Source: Oculina patagonica
Taxonomy: Eukaryota
DNA: 64,000 bases
Assembly: GCF_052425735.1 (NCBI RefSeq)
Contig: NC_135759.1
Coordinates: 24,366,001-24,430,000, forward strand
Direction of reading: 5' to 3'
Below are positions 1 through 11,070 of the stretch, in pieces (position 1 is the first letter of the stretch; the number at the start of each line of letters is the position of its first letter). A model generated the notes under the pieces. That model did not search any database and was not told the DNA's origin. It saw only the letters and a list, made by a program, of their open reading frames with translations. Made by a program: the position numbers and the translations under genes.

Positions 1-979
1 AATGATCACAACTTATTGTCCAATGATTAGGTATTTGTTTCATACCATTACTGTAATAGCAACTGGTGAAGAATAGTAGTACTGACCCAAAGTATAAGGG
101 CTGGAAAACACTGAAAACCATTTCAGCCGCGTTTCAAGGAATCCAAAAAAGCTTTACTTATCCCATATATATTTGTTTTGCAGTATTTTGTTAATTTTTG
201 GACGATTTTGGGGGATGTCTGGGAGGCGATAGTTTTTCTCAAAGGATTAGTAAAATTTAGACAAATAAGAAATATTGGAGATTTTATGTGATTTTAAAAT
301 TTGAATTTGAAGTGAAAAATTGGTGGACGGACACCAAACAGTCTCCTGACAACCCGGAGTGCTCTTGCGAGGGGGTCAACTGTTTGGAGGTGTTTCCATT
401 CTTTTCTTCAATCCCTTCTTTAAATCTCTTAAAGTTCCATTCAAATTCAGGTAGAACCCCACCTTAAGTTTTGTTCTTGTGAGAAAACAACAGAAGTCAA
501 AGGTTGCGTGATATAACCAAACATGGATTTTAATTCTCCCTCCCTTTCCATCTCCTTAGCCTTTCACCCCCACCTGTCCCTCCCTTTCTACTCTCATTCA
601 ATTTAATGTTTGTTTAAATTTCCTAACCAATTCAGTATCGTACTAATCTGTGCCAAGCAATCAGATAATAACAGAAATTTGCCTTAATTTTGATTTCCCA
701 TACCAAGACCTTAGAGTATAAACCGCTAATAAAACAAAACACACTTGATAATAATTCTCTGAGGTTATACACCTTGCAGTATTAACGTACTAACGAACTT
801 GATAACAAACCCCATGTCGTACTAAGGATTTTTACTGATCAACATAGAAAATAAGTTCACAATGGTTTGTTCCCAAAACGTTTTTTTACTGTACAGAGGG
901 TCTGTATATTGACCTGTAACTTGTATACCGTATTGAAAAATTCAGAACGAACCGACTTCTGCCCGCTACCATGATATCA

Positions 980-2116
980 TGTTGAAAAATTAGCTCGTTC
1001 GAAACCGTAGCAAAATCGTTAGAGACAGACAAGATACAGCCGTTTACTGGCAGTCTTTGAAAATCCTGAATTTCTTCAAAATGAGCCAAAATAACGTTTT
1101 AAAATTTCCTTCATCAATATGGTTCTTATCTTTTTATTCAATTCTATGAACTGCTTTTATGCAGTACTGTCCACAAAGATTTCAATTTCCTCAAAGTTTC
1201 GGGACAAATGGATACAAAATATTTCGTGCAGAATGTAATTTGATTAAGCGAATGTTTTCACGTCTATAAATTACTTTAAGCAGTGAATGAAAAACCGTTT
1301 TGTTTTCATCGATGAGAACCACTTTCAAATAGTTAATGCATAAAAATAACAATCAGACCAGAATACAATAATTATTAATGTAAGGTCTCACTACAAAAAT
1401 TCCTATTTTGAACACAGATGTCACTTCCGGAATTTCTCATCTAAAATTCAATTGGTATTTAATTATAATTATTCGAAGTTTTCATTTTCAAGTCATCTTT
1501 TCATTCGATAGCTTTACTGATCTCGTAAAAAATTCCATTCAAGTTCACACCAATACTGTACATTGCCAATGTTTTTCACTAGTCAAATCTAAAATTTTTC
1601 CAAACCATGTTATGCAAACATTCTACTCTTTGTGACAGGCGACTTTGACGCCCAACTGTGCGGAAATGAAAATCGACATACTTCTTGCTAAATATATAAA
1701 AAATAGTTTTAAAGTGGAGTCCGCCTCAAAAAAATGTACCGCCAGATCACACTGCTATTTGTAGAAACCAGCAAAGCGTCTAGGTTCAAAGTTTCCCACA
1801 AAAACATTGCGTGACATAAATGACGTTACCCCTTTTATTTACAAAAATAGCTTCAACTTGTCAAAGCAACTACAGTTTCACAATGGTGATTATTAGTACT
1901 TTACCCCTTAAGCTTTTTTCTCTGTCCTCCCGCCGAAGCAAAGAAGAGAACCAGATTGCAGATTAGCCCAAAAGTCGACCCCTACAACGATTTACTGTCA
2001 AAACTGAAATGAAATCGATTGGCCCAGGCTATCCCCGTCATTTTTTGCCGACAGGAGACTATCGTCTAGGACGACCAAAGGGTAAACTATAAATCGGCCA
2101 CGCCCGATTAAAAAGC
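980..2116. repeat. Copy 1 of a diverged ~1.1 kb tandem duplication (copy 2 = 2640-4868)
   Basis: Colinear similarity throughout, e.g. ttcaatttcctcaaagtttc, cattctactctttgtgaca, and the shared end ggacgaccaaagggtaaactataaatcggccacgcccgattaaaaagc. Confidence 0.85.
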
Positions 2117-2639
2117 TGATTCTCAAAAAATCTGCCACAAAAGGAAATTGACAAAAACAATATGAAAACCATATATCGAAAGTTTCTTATTCTAAAATTT
2201 TATCATACGTCTTAATTCAGAGCTACAAAGAAGTTCCTCCTTTTGAGTTATTGATACTGTTCTTACAGTACCTCTTTCCACTAGCGAAATTTTACAAAAT
2301 TCCTTCGCGGCGAAAAGGTAGCGCGAATCCAGAACAGACTCCAATCGAGAGTGGGTTAATTCTAGATTACTATTAATTAACTATTACAACATTCATTTTT
2401 AAAATAGTTTCCCAAGCCGACTAAGCTAACTAAACGTCGAGTGTATCTTTCAGTAAACAAAACATGCCGTTATGACGCCGGAAATCCAGCTCACGCATAC
2501 TATACCCCGTGACTCACGCAAACCTCCGACTTACGTGCTACTACAGTCATTCCTTTCTAAACATTTTTTTTTTTGACCACCACCGTACCTTTCTACCCAA
2601 AAAACTCATGAAACCGCCCGGTTTTAACCTGTTTTAACC

Positions 2640-4868
2640 TTTCAAAAATTAGAGCGTTCGAAACTAAATAAGATCCGTAATCACAAACAACATACAGTCG
2701 TTTACCAGCACTCTTTAAAACTCCTGAAACCCTTCAAATTCAGGCAAAATAAATCTTTGAAATAACCTTTATCAATGTTTCTTATTTTTTATTCAGTTCT
2801 TTAAAATGCCTTTCATACACTACTGTCAAACAAAAATTTCAATTTCCTCAAAGTTTCAAGACAAAAGAATAACAAATATTTCGTGCACAATGTAATTTGA
2901 TTAAGCCAATATTATCACGTCTAAAAATACTTCAAGCAATTCAGTGAAAACCCGTTTTTTTTTCGTATCAACGAAAACCACTTTCGAATAATCAATACAT
3001 GAAAATAACAATAAGATCAAAAGGAAGAAAGGAACCTTTCTAATTATTTGAAGACTTTCAAAGCCGTGATATTATGCATCCAATCCGCGATAAAATTTAA
3101 TTACAACAAAATCCAAGTTCTCATTTTGAAGTCCATTTTTTTCAGTTGATACCTTAATCCATTTTGTGAAAAATTCCATTCAAGTTCCTATTAATACTGT
3201 ACATTCCCAATGTTTTGCTCAGGTCTTCAGAAGCGTCTTACTAACCAAATCTAAAATAATTCCAAAACATGCTGTACAAACATTCTACTCTTTGTGACAA
3301 ACGACTTGACGACCAATTGTTCAGAAATGAAAATCGACACAGTTCTTGCTAAATAAAAAAAAAGTTTTACGGCGGAGTCAGGCTCAAAAAATATACCGCA
3401 AGATCACACCCCCATTCATAGTCAGAAACCAGCAAACCATCTAGTTTGCTAAAAAAAAAAAACACTGCGTGACATCAATGACGTTACCTTTTTCATTTAC
3501 AAAAATAACTTTAACTTGTCAAAGTAAGTGCAATTTCACAATGGTGAATATCAGTACAGTATGGGGCCCAGTTCTCGGCCGGGTCCAGTTCTCGGCCACT
3601 TTGTGTTTAACGCGTTTTTTCACACTCCAGTTGAATTAAAAGAAAAAGGTATTTCCTTCAAACGATAGACTGATTCATGTGCTTTAAGTATCTTGAGTTT
3701 GATCGTTCAATTCGATATAGAAAGCTCACACGTCGAGTTTACGCGGAGGTTGGTGAATTTGCATTCCCGAAAAATTTTTTTGTTTACGGCTCCTTAAAAT
3801 CATGGATGTAGTTAAATTCGTATTTTATCAAAAAGCCCCCACCATACGAGCTAATTTTTGGCATGTGAAACGTAGAATAATTCAGCTTTCTGCTTTAGTT
3901 AACTTTTCGTTGAACCATTGTATTTTTGGTCTTAATTTACTTCGAAATTTTTTCTTGCGACGTTTGCGTATTTGCCAGTTCTCGGCCACCCTGCTCGCTC
4001 TCACAGCTTAGCGCTTGGTTTTTAATATAATTTCATCTGCTGCTGCCAGAATGAAAGAAATAAATGTTTTAAAAATAAAGTTCAATCTTATCTCTAAGTT
4101 TTGAGCTGACTCTTGTCTTGTCTATTATTTCTACAACACCTAAATCTTTCAAGACCTTTTCACTGCAAAATAAACCATCTAAATGCACGGGTCACACAAT
4201 GCGGTTTTGCCAGAACCTGCACATAGGCAACTAGGCGCGTTAAAATCCTTCTTTTCTAAAGTAAAACAAAGCCTCATAAAAATAATTTGGGATCGATATA
4301 ACATAAATAGGTTTACAGAGTGATTTTATGACTGTGAAAATTAATTGAGCATTTTTTTTTACAGATAATTACGCACAAGCTTTTTAGTGGCCGAGAACTG
4401 GGCCAAGGTGGCCGAGAACTGGGCCCACAAATGGAGCTTTTATTTTTATTATTGCTCGGGCAAATTAATTTTTGACCGGTCGATAGCTTTACACCAAAAA
4501 GCTGAATAATGTAGCTAGCTCTGGGAGAAATTTCAAGTTCCTGCGGTTCTTCTGAGGTAAGAAATACAAGTTTACGTCAAAAGTGGCCGAGAACTGGGCC
4601 CCATACTGTACTTTGCCCCGTAAGCTTTTTTCTCTGTCCTTCCGCCGAAGCAAAAAAACACAACCTGATTACACATTAACCCAAAAGTCGACCAAGTGTG
4701 CCTGCAACGATTTCCTGTCAAAACTAAAATGAAAACCATTGCGGTATGCATCACCCGAAGCGGTTTTGTAGCAACCCCAAGCTATCCCCGTCTTTTTGGC
4801 CGACAGGAGACTATGCTCTAGGACGACCAAAGGGTAAACTATAAATCGGCCACGCCCGATTAAAAAGC
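2640..4868. repeat. Copy 2 of the tandem duplication, interrupted by a DNA transposon at 3557-4608
   Basis: Aligns to 980-2116 on both sides of the insertion. Confidence 0.85.
3557..4608. mobile_element. Non-autonomous Tc1/mariner/pogo-type DNA transposon, 1052 bp
   Basis: Perfect 24-bp TIRs (cagtatggggcccagttctcggcc) and TA target duplication (3555-56, 4609-10). Empty site seen in the paralog near 1897 (tattagta|ctttaccc). No transposase ORF. Confidence 0.93.
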
Positions 4869-4994
4869 GTGACTGAGGATTTGAACACGGGACAACCGAG
4901 AAACAAATCCAGCTAGTGGCAAGGACAAGTCTTGAACCGGAGACCTCCGGATTACAACAACAGCGCCCTTAACCACACGGCTACGCTTGCCTCC
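4869..4994 (-). mobile_element. tRNA-derived SINE, 5' part
   Basis: Minus strand reads ggaggcaagcgTAGCCGTGTGGttaagggcgct...ccGGTTCAAGACtt: Pol III A and B boxes followed by a non-tRNA body. Confidence 0.75.
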
Positions 4995-5248
4995 AAACAA
5001 AACGCTTGTACTTAAAACAAACATAGTTTCAGCATAAGGGGAAAAAGAAAAAGGGTTGAGCTCTGCTTTTTTCCCAACATCTTTCTACACACGGCTCGTT
5101 TCGGTGCAAAAAATACTAATAAGCTCCACAAGAATTGTATGTCTTAACCAATCAGAATGTTTTTTTTTTTCGGTCCAATATGTCCTTTTTTATTGCACGG
5201 AGTGAACTACCACTGAGTTGTTTAAAAATTTCTTAAATAGTAAGTCGT

Positions 5249-5465
5249 GTCTGGTTCACACTATACCGACATAACGACATAACGGCAAGGTCACGTAAAT
5301 GCAAAAACACATCACGTTGATGTTTTATCACCAGTATCACCAGTGTGAACAACGTAGTTGGAACCGTAATGACATAAGCATAACGACACAAAGAACGAAC
5401 TGAACTTTTCTATATGTCGTTTTGTCCATGTCGTTATGTTGTTATGTCGCTAATGTGAACCAAGC
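5249..5465. mobile_element. MITE with imperfect terminal inverted repeats
   Basis: Left ctggttcacactataccgacataacgacataac versus right gttatgttgttatgtcgctaatgtgaaccaag; internal gacataa repeats. Confidence 0.7.
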
Positions 5466-6574
5466 ATATAATGTGAAATTGACATTTTGAAGAAAAGTCA
5501 AGGAAAATTGGAATATAACACCGCTGATTTCATACAATTGATGGCTGGAAGAAACATTTCAGGTCAATGTGATCTCAGCGATGTTTATAATTTGGAAGTG
5601 GAGGCTGGAGGCCGCTACTATATCTGACATTTTGTGTATATTTGGCCAGGGAAATGGAAAAGTCAGGGAATTTTGAAAACTGATGTCTGTGGCAACCATG
5701 CAAAACATCTCTCAAACAAAGTCATATAGTCCCGAGAGGGGTTGAATATCTGGTCTTAGTCAAATTTCGGATTTTGGCAAAATTATTACAGTTTCTCTTC
5801 ATTTCTGTCGATCGATTTCTCATCACGATATTCAGTACGTCGAATTTTGACAAAAAACCTTCGATTCATGGATATCAAAGGCGCTGAAACAAATATAAAT
5901 ACACATAAAAATTAAATTCTTTCGCTGATGACACGCTGTGAACTCGGTTTTGAACCATCCAATTCTAGATGAATTGAGAGTCTTTTGTCGACATCAAGAT
6001 AACTTAAAAAACAAACAAGTATTGATAAAAAAGTTTTATTGAAAAAAACAAAACAAATTGCAGCAGGACCACGTTCAAAAAAAATCAATTGGAAAACTTT
6101 TCAAGCGGTAGAGCTTAATGCCTTCTATATCATTACGCTGTCATTTAGTACGTTTATTAAAAACAGATCTAATAAAGCTTAGGGCCGAAGTGTTTGCAAA
6201 AGAAACAGGTGCAACTTGAAATTTCCTTTCATGAATTGTCTTATTGCAAAAGCTGAACAATATTATTTATATTTATTGAACTGACCCCGCCGGGACTCAG
6301 ACAAAAGGCTTTGAGACGGGCAAACATATCAGCTAAAACCATAAATGGTCTAGCAAAAAAAAGGCCGATAACAGATGAGAGACCGAAGATAACAAAACTA
6401 AAAAAATTAAGAAAAAGAACAACTATATAACACTGCTGCTTTTTCTCAAATTGATATCTTTCAAATTTATGCTCTTCCTCTTTTTCTACATTTATTCCTC
6501 TGGTCCATTGAGCAGGATCTTAAAGAACTTCGATTCAGCGCCGTAAAAGTATGACCATGTAACACTCTTCCAAA

Positions 6575-7498
6575 ATGGCTGAGTCGTCTGGATCGTTCTG
6601 CAGTTCTACCAGCACTCACTATTATCCCGCCGCGCAACAATTCTCGAAGACTATCTACATCCTTGCCTGTGTTGTGATCATAATCGGATCCATTTTGTCG
6701 ACTACGGGCAACATCGTGATCCTATCTGCTTTTCGCAAGTGTCAATCTATACACCCTCCATCAAAAGCCCTCCTATGTAGTTTGGCTTTGACGGATCTTT
6801 TCGTAGGATTGGTTGTTCTTCCGTTGTTTACAACGTATTACATGATGATCATCTTGGAAATGCCCAGGTACTACTGTGTTATAGCTATCACATATGGAAG
6901 GACATCAACCTTCATTGGGGCAGTTTCTATTGGCACAATAGCTACCATTGCCATTGATCGATATCTCGCCTTTCGTCTTCGCTTGAGATACCGAGAACTC
7001 GTAACATTTAGACGAGTTGTTCGCATTCTTTTCATAGAGTGGATCCTCGCTGCATTTTGGTCGGGATCCTGGTTTTGGAATGCGCCAATCAATTTGTTTT
7101 CTGGGGCAATAGGAATGTTTATGTGTTGCCTTATAACACCTCTGTGCTATCTCACCATTTATCGTGGCATTCGTCGCCATGTTGCACAAATTCACCAACA
7201 GGCGAACTTCCGTGAGTCGACTGACTTTAATGTGGCTCAGTACAAGAAAACTGTAAATAACATGCTATGGATTTATGGTCTTCTTCTGTTGTGCTACGTG
7301 CCGTATTTGTTATCCTTGTTTGCGATAATTGTCATGGGACTGAATAATTCTACTCGATTTGCACTACATTTTAGCGCCATTGCAATTTATTTTAATTCGT
7401 CTTTAAATCCTATTTTATACTGTTGGAAGATCAAAGAACTAAAAGAAAATGTTAAGGCTGATTTACGTGCGTTTTTTAACTCTCTAACATTACATTGA
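6575..7498 (+). CDS. Class A orphan GPCR, main array subfamily, 307 aa, intact
   Basis: 7 hydrophobic segments; GN (TM1), SLALTD (TM2), DRY, CYVP (TM6), NSSLNPILY (TM7); single coding exon. Confidence 0.93.
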   Translation: MAESSGSFCSSTSTHYYPAAQQFSKTIYILACVVIIIGSILSTTGNIVILSAFRKCQSIHPPSKALLCSLALTDLFVGLVVLPLFTTYYMMIILEMPRYYCVIAITYGRTSTFIGAVSIGTIATIAIDRYLAFRLRLRYRELVTFRRVVRILFIEWILAAFWSGSWFWNAPINLFSGAIGMFMCCLITPLCYLTIYRGIRRHVAQIHQQANFRESTDFNVAQYKKTVNNMLWIYGLLLLCYVPYLLSLFAIIVMGLNNSTRFALHFSAIAIYFNSSLNPILYCWKIKELKENVKADLRAFFNSLTLH

Positions 7499-7765
7499 TG
7501 ATGGCTTCCCTTCCTACAGTGGCATGTCATTCTCATCTTGTTGTAACACAGGAACATGGACATAGTCACTATTTGCTTCAAAGTGGTACTAAGACGGAAA
7601 CACCATGTAGTTGTCCGTCGGCTTTGTTTGTACTAAAAAGACAGGGTTTCAGCATATTAAAGGAAACAAGAACAAAAAGTTCTAATCTGCTTTTTCCCTA
7701 ACATCTTTCCACACACGGCTCGCTTCGCTACAAAAGGATAATAAGTCTTAGCCAATCAGAATGTG

Positions 7766-8002
7766 TAAGTCGTGTAATAAAACTGTTATTAACCAAGCCT
7801 GCCCAATACCGTACTTAGTTGATCAGGTTTTCCCGGTTTCTAGCCAAAGGTGTTTGATTTCTCCTTATTTATTGCACCGAGTGAAGCTGTTTAAACTATT
7901 TCTTAAATATTAAGTCGTGTAAAAAAACTCTTATTAACCAAGCCTGCCCAATACCGTACTTAGCTGAGCAGGTTTTCCCGGTTTCTCGCCAACGGTGTTT
8001 GA
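7766..8002. repeat. Local direct repeat, ~92 bp x2 (7766-7858 and 7911-8002)
   Basis: taagtcgtgt...ttattaaccaagcctgcccaataccgtacttag...caggttttcccggtttct...ggtgtttga occurs twice. Confidence 0.8.
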
Positions 8003-8826
8003 AATTGAATTGTGATGAATCGAAACACACTCTCTCGTGTCCGTGCGTGTATCCGTTTCCGTGCAAGCTCGTGTTCGTGTATAAACGTGAGAAACGCACG
8101 GTAGATTGAATAGAAGCTGCTAGAAAATCGTTATCACCTGCCCTATCATTGCTCTATTAAAGAAACCTTAACGTTTTTCTTTAAAAGTGCGGACAGTAGA
8201 GAGTTTATTGTTTTTTAGATCTATGCTTCTTATTAGGCTGAAAGTAATTTTCGTTACAAGCAAGCATTTTTCGTTACAAGTTTCACAACTTACTCTTTTC
8301 CTATGCAAAGTAATTATGATAGAAAGACCAAACATGAGATCTCATGCTATGTATTCTTCCCATCGTAGAGTTTATACCTATATACATATATCTATATCTA
8401 TAACTGTCACTCTGTAAGTTAATTAGACAGATCTAACAAAGTTTTAATCCCTTGTGTTTACACAAGCAACAGATGCAACTAAAGAGACATTTTCCCATGA
8501 GTACTGAGATTTTCATTGGCGGAAGGATCAGTTTAAATTAAATTGAAAAACTATTAATTTAAAGAGTTGTCTATTAAATTAAAAAACAACAGCCGGAGCG
8601 CTTTGCCAAGAACACAAAACTGAACGAAACGGAATTCGAAGACAAAACGAAGGCTGTTCCGTCTCAAAATTTGTTACCGATCTCCCTCTCTTGAGAATAC
8701 TATTGATTACTCGAAAAGGTCAAATCTTCTCTCGAACGTAGTTCACTCATTAGCCTTTTTCGTTGGAGCAGGTGATCCTTGAAACACTGTTTATCAAGAT
8801 CTACAATAATTATACAGCCTTTAAAA

Positions 8827-9759
8827 ATGGAAGGGACATTCAGATCATTTTGCAGTTCTACCAGCACCCACTATTATCCCGCCACGCAACAATTCCCGAA
8901 AACAATCTACATCTTTGCCTGCGTTGCTAGTGTGATCGGATCAGTTTTTTCAACTCTGGGAAACATTATGATCCTTTTCGCTCTCCGCAAATGTCAATCT
9001 CTACATTCTCCATCAAAGGCTCTGTTATGTAACTTGGCTTTGACGGATCTTTTCGTTGGACTGGTTGTTCTTCCGCTATTTACAGCTTACTACTTGATGA
9101 TCATCTTGGAAGTGCCCAAATATTACTGTGTTATAGCTATCACATATGGGAGAATAAGCTCTTTCATTGGAGCTGTCTCACTTGCGACCTTAGCGACAAT
9201 TGCCATTGATCGATATCTCGCCTTTCATCTTCGCTTGAGATACCGAGAACTCGTGATACTTAGACGAGTTGTTTGCATTCTCGCGTTTGAGTGGATCATC
9301 GCAGCAGTTTGGTCGGGAACCTGGTTTTGGAATTCTCAAATCAATATGGTTTCTGGAGCAATAATATTGTTTAGTCTTTGTGTGATAACACCTCTGTGCT
9401 ACCTTAGTATTCATCGTGGCCTTCGCCATCATGTTGCACAGATTCATCGACAGAGAAATTCCAGTGAACCGGCAACTGACTTTAATGTCGTTCAATACAA
9501 GAAAACTGTGAATAACATGCTATGGATCTATGGCCTTCTTCTTGTGTGTTATTTGCCACACTTGGTATCGCAGATAGTAATACTCGCCATGGGACTCAAT
9601 AATGCCACTCGGCTTGCACTACATCTAAGCGTCATTGCGGTTTATTTTAATTCTTCCTTAAATCCCATTCTATACTGTTGGAAGATCGCAGAAATAAAAG
9701 AAAGAGTTCTTGCTAATTTATGTGCAATCCGTAACTATTTATCAGCTACAGCAGGTTAG
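8827..9759 (+). CDS. Class A orphan GPCR, main subfamily, 310 aa, intact
   Basis: Start set at MEGTF (aaaATGg) by alignment with paralogs; the ORF-track start is a TTG. DRY, CYLP, NPILY. Confidence 0.93.
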   Translation: MEGTFRSFCSSTSTHYYPATQQFPKTIYIFACVASVIGSVFSTLGNIMILFALRKCQSLHSPSKALLCNLALTDLFVGLVVLPLFTAYYLMIILEVPKYYCVIAITYGRISSFIGAVSLATLATIAIDRYLAFHLRLRYRELVILRRVVCILAFEWIIAAVWSGTWFWNSQINMVSGAIILFSLCVITPLCYLSIHRGLRHHVAQIHRQRNSSEPATDFNVVQYKKTVNNMLWIYGLLLVCYLPHLVSQIVILAMGLNNATRLALHLSVIAVYFNSSLNPILYCWKIAEIKERVLANLCAIRNYLSATAG

Positions 9760-10639
9760 ACTAAACACCATAAAGAAAAAGTTTGTACAGTTATCTTCGT
9801 ATTTTGATGCAGCAAGATAGCATTTTGTAATAATGAATTTAGGCCCACAACGTGTTCATTATTAGTTTCAAAGGAAACTGAGCTAACTTATAATGACGAA
9901 TAAAAGTAGTTTCCGGAAAATGCTGTGATGGTTTGCTTGTAGCATAGAGGACATTCACGATCAGTGGAATCTTTGCGTGAAATCATCGATATTATCCATG
10001 GTGAAATGGACACTAAACTCTGTGGGTTAATGTCGCCACATGCCTCATGCTGTTTCTTTCAGAACTTTACGATACAGTCTCTCCAAGACGGACACCATTG
10101 GGACTGGCTCCAACTGTTCGTCTGAGAGAGGTGTTCATCTTATGGGGGCGGGTAAAGGCCCTGGCATAGGCCGGCCACGTGATTATTTTAAATATTTCGC
10201 CGAGCTCTAATTTATGTAAGCGAATCTAGTGAATCGTTTACGTTTTCTCCGGTTTCCTGTAAAAAATATGGAGCATTAAACTCCCAAAAACACACGCTCG
10301 GAATTCAGTGTGCCGGCTTTGTGGTGGTGCTTTAGGCCGTCATATGCTTCGGGTTTTTCAGTGGCAAAAGCGGCATTGACAAAAACCTGCATGATGCCTG
10401 CGAAAATATGATCAGCGAGGAAGATTGCTTTACAAAGTAGGTTTTTAGGAAGTGGGAAGTATTTGTCTCTAAGGTTAGCAAATTTAACGAAAGAGTCAAA
10501 ACATCCAAATTGGACTTGGAGTGGAACAGAGCGCAACACAATATTATTATTATTCTTAAGTTAAGTGGTCCTTCATTGCCGCCAAAATTCGATGTTTATA
10601 TTTTAGATTCTAAAAGGTCTTGAGAACAGCAGACACGTA

Positions 10640-10919
10640 AAGATTTTAAGAAAAACGACAATTTTTTTAAGTTTTTAAGACATGTTTCGACAGAGCATCT
10701 GTCATCTTCAGTTGAATGGTTTACAAAGCATAGAGAGTTGAATAATAAGTAGATAAAAATGCTAATTAAGACAAGTTGTAACAACAGAAAGTGAAAATGT
10801 GTGAATAGAAGGATAATTTTAGATTTACATGGTGTAATTGCTGATTGAGGCAAGGTAGTTCCTTTTGAATATGGATAGCCTCCTTTATCTTAAGTTGAAA
10901 GCTGGCTTTCAACTTAAGA
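10640..10919 (-). mobile_element. Penelope-like retroelement, 3' fragment
   Basis: Minus strand encodes SFQLKIKEAIHIQKELPCLNQQLHHVNLKLSF, resembling a GIY-YIG C-terminal tail, followed by a hammerhead-type motif. Lower boundary approximate. Confidence 0.7.
10672..10719 (-). ncRNA. Degenerate minimal hammerhead ribozyme motif
   Basis: CTGAAGA-t-GACAGA-tgc-TCTGTC-GAAA-catGTC; stem II perfect, stem I poorly paired. Confidence 0.55.
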
Positions 10920-11070
10920 AAATGTGGAAAAAAACTCAGTGCACCTCGATATAACGTTGCAAAGTCCTGCTTATATAGATTAAAACTGAACTGAATGCAG
11001 ACAACCGAAAATTACTGCCTCGCTATATTCTATTTATTTTCGGTTCTTTTCGTTCAGAAGAAGATTATGT

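Noticed and set aside
5922-5950. CTGATGA as a third hammerhead
   Set aside because: No properly placed GAAA core after the short stem and no stems I or III.
6871-7198. Recurrent antisense and alternate-frame ORFs inside the GPCRs (also 9190, 14346, 17430, 22835, 25061, 28286, 38063 and others)
   Set aside because: They recur only because the host genes are paralogs; they are short, vary in start and stop, and have no independent protein features.
8779-8826. N-terminal extensions in the ORF track (also 13969, 24753, 12093)
   Set aside because: They begin at TTG or GTG; paralog alignment supports the downstream ATG.
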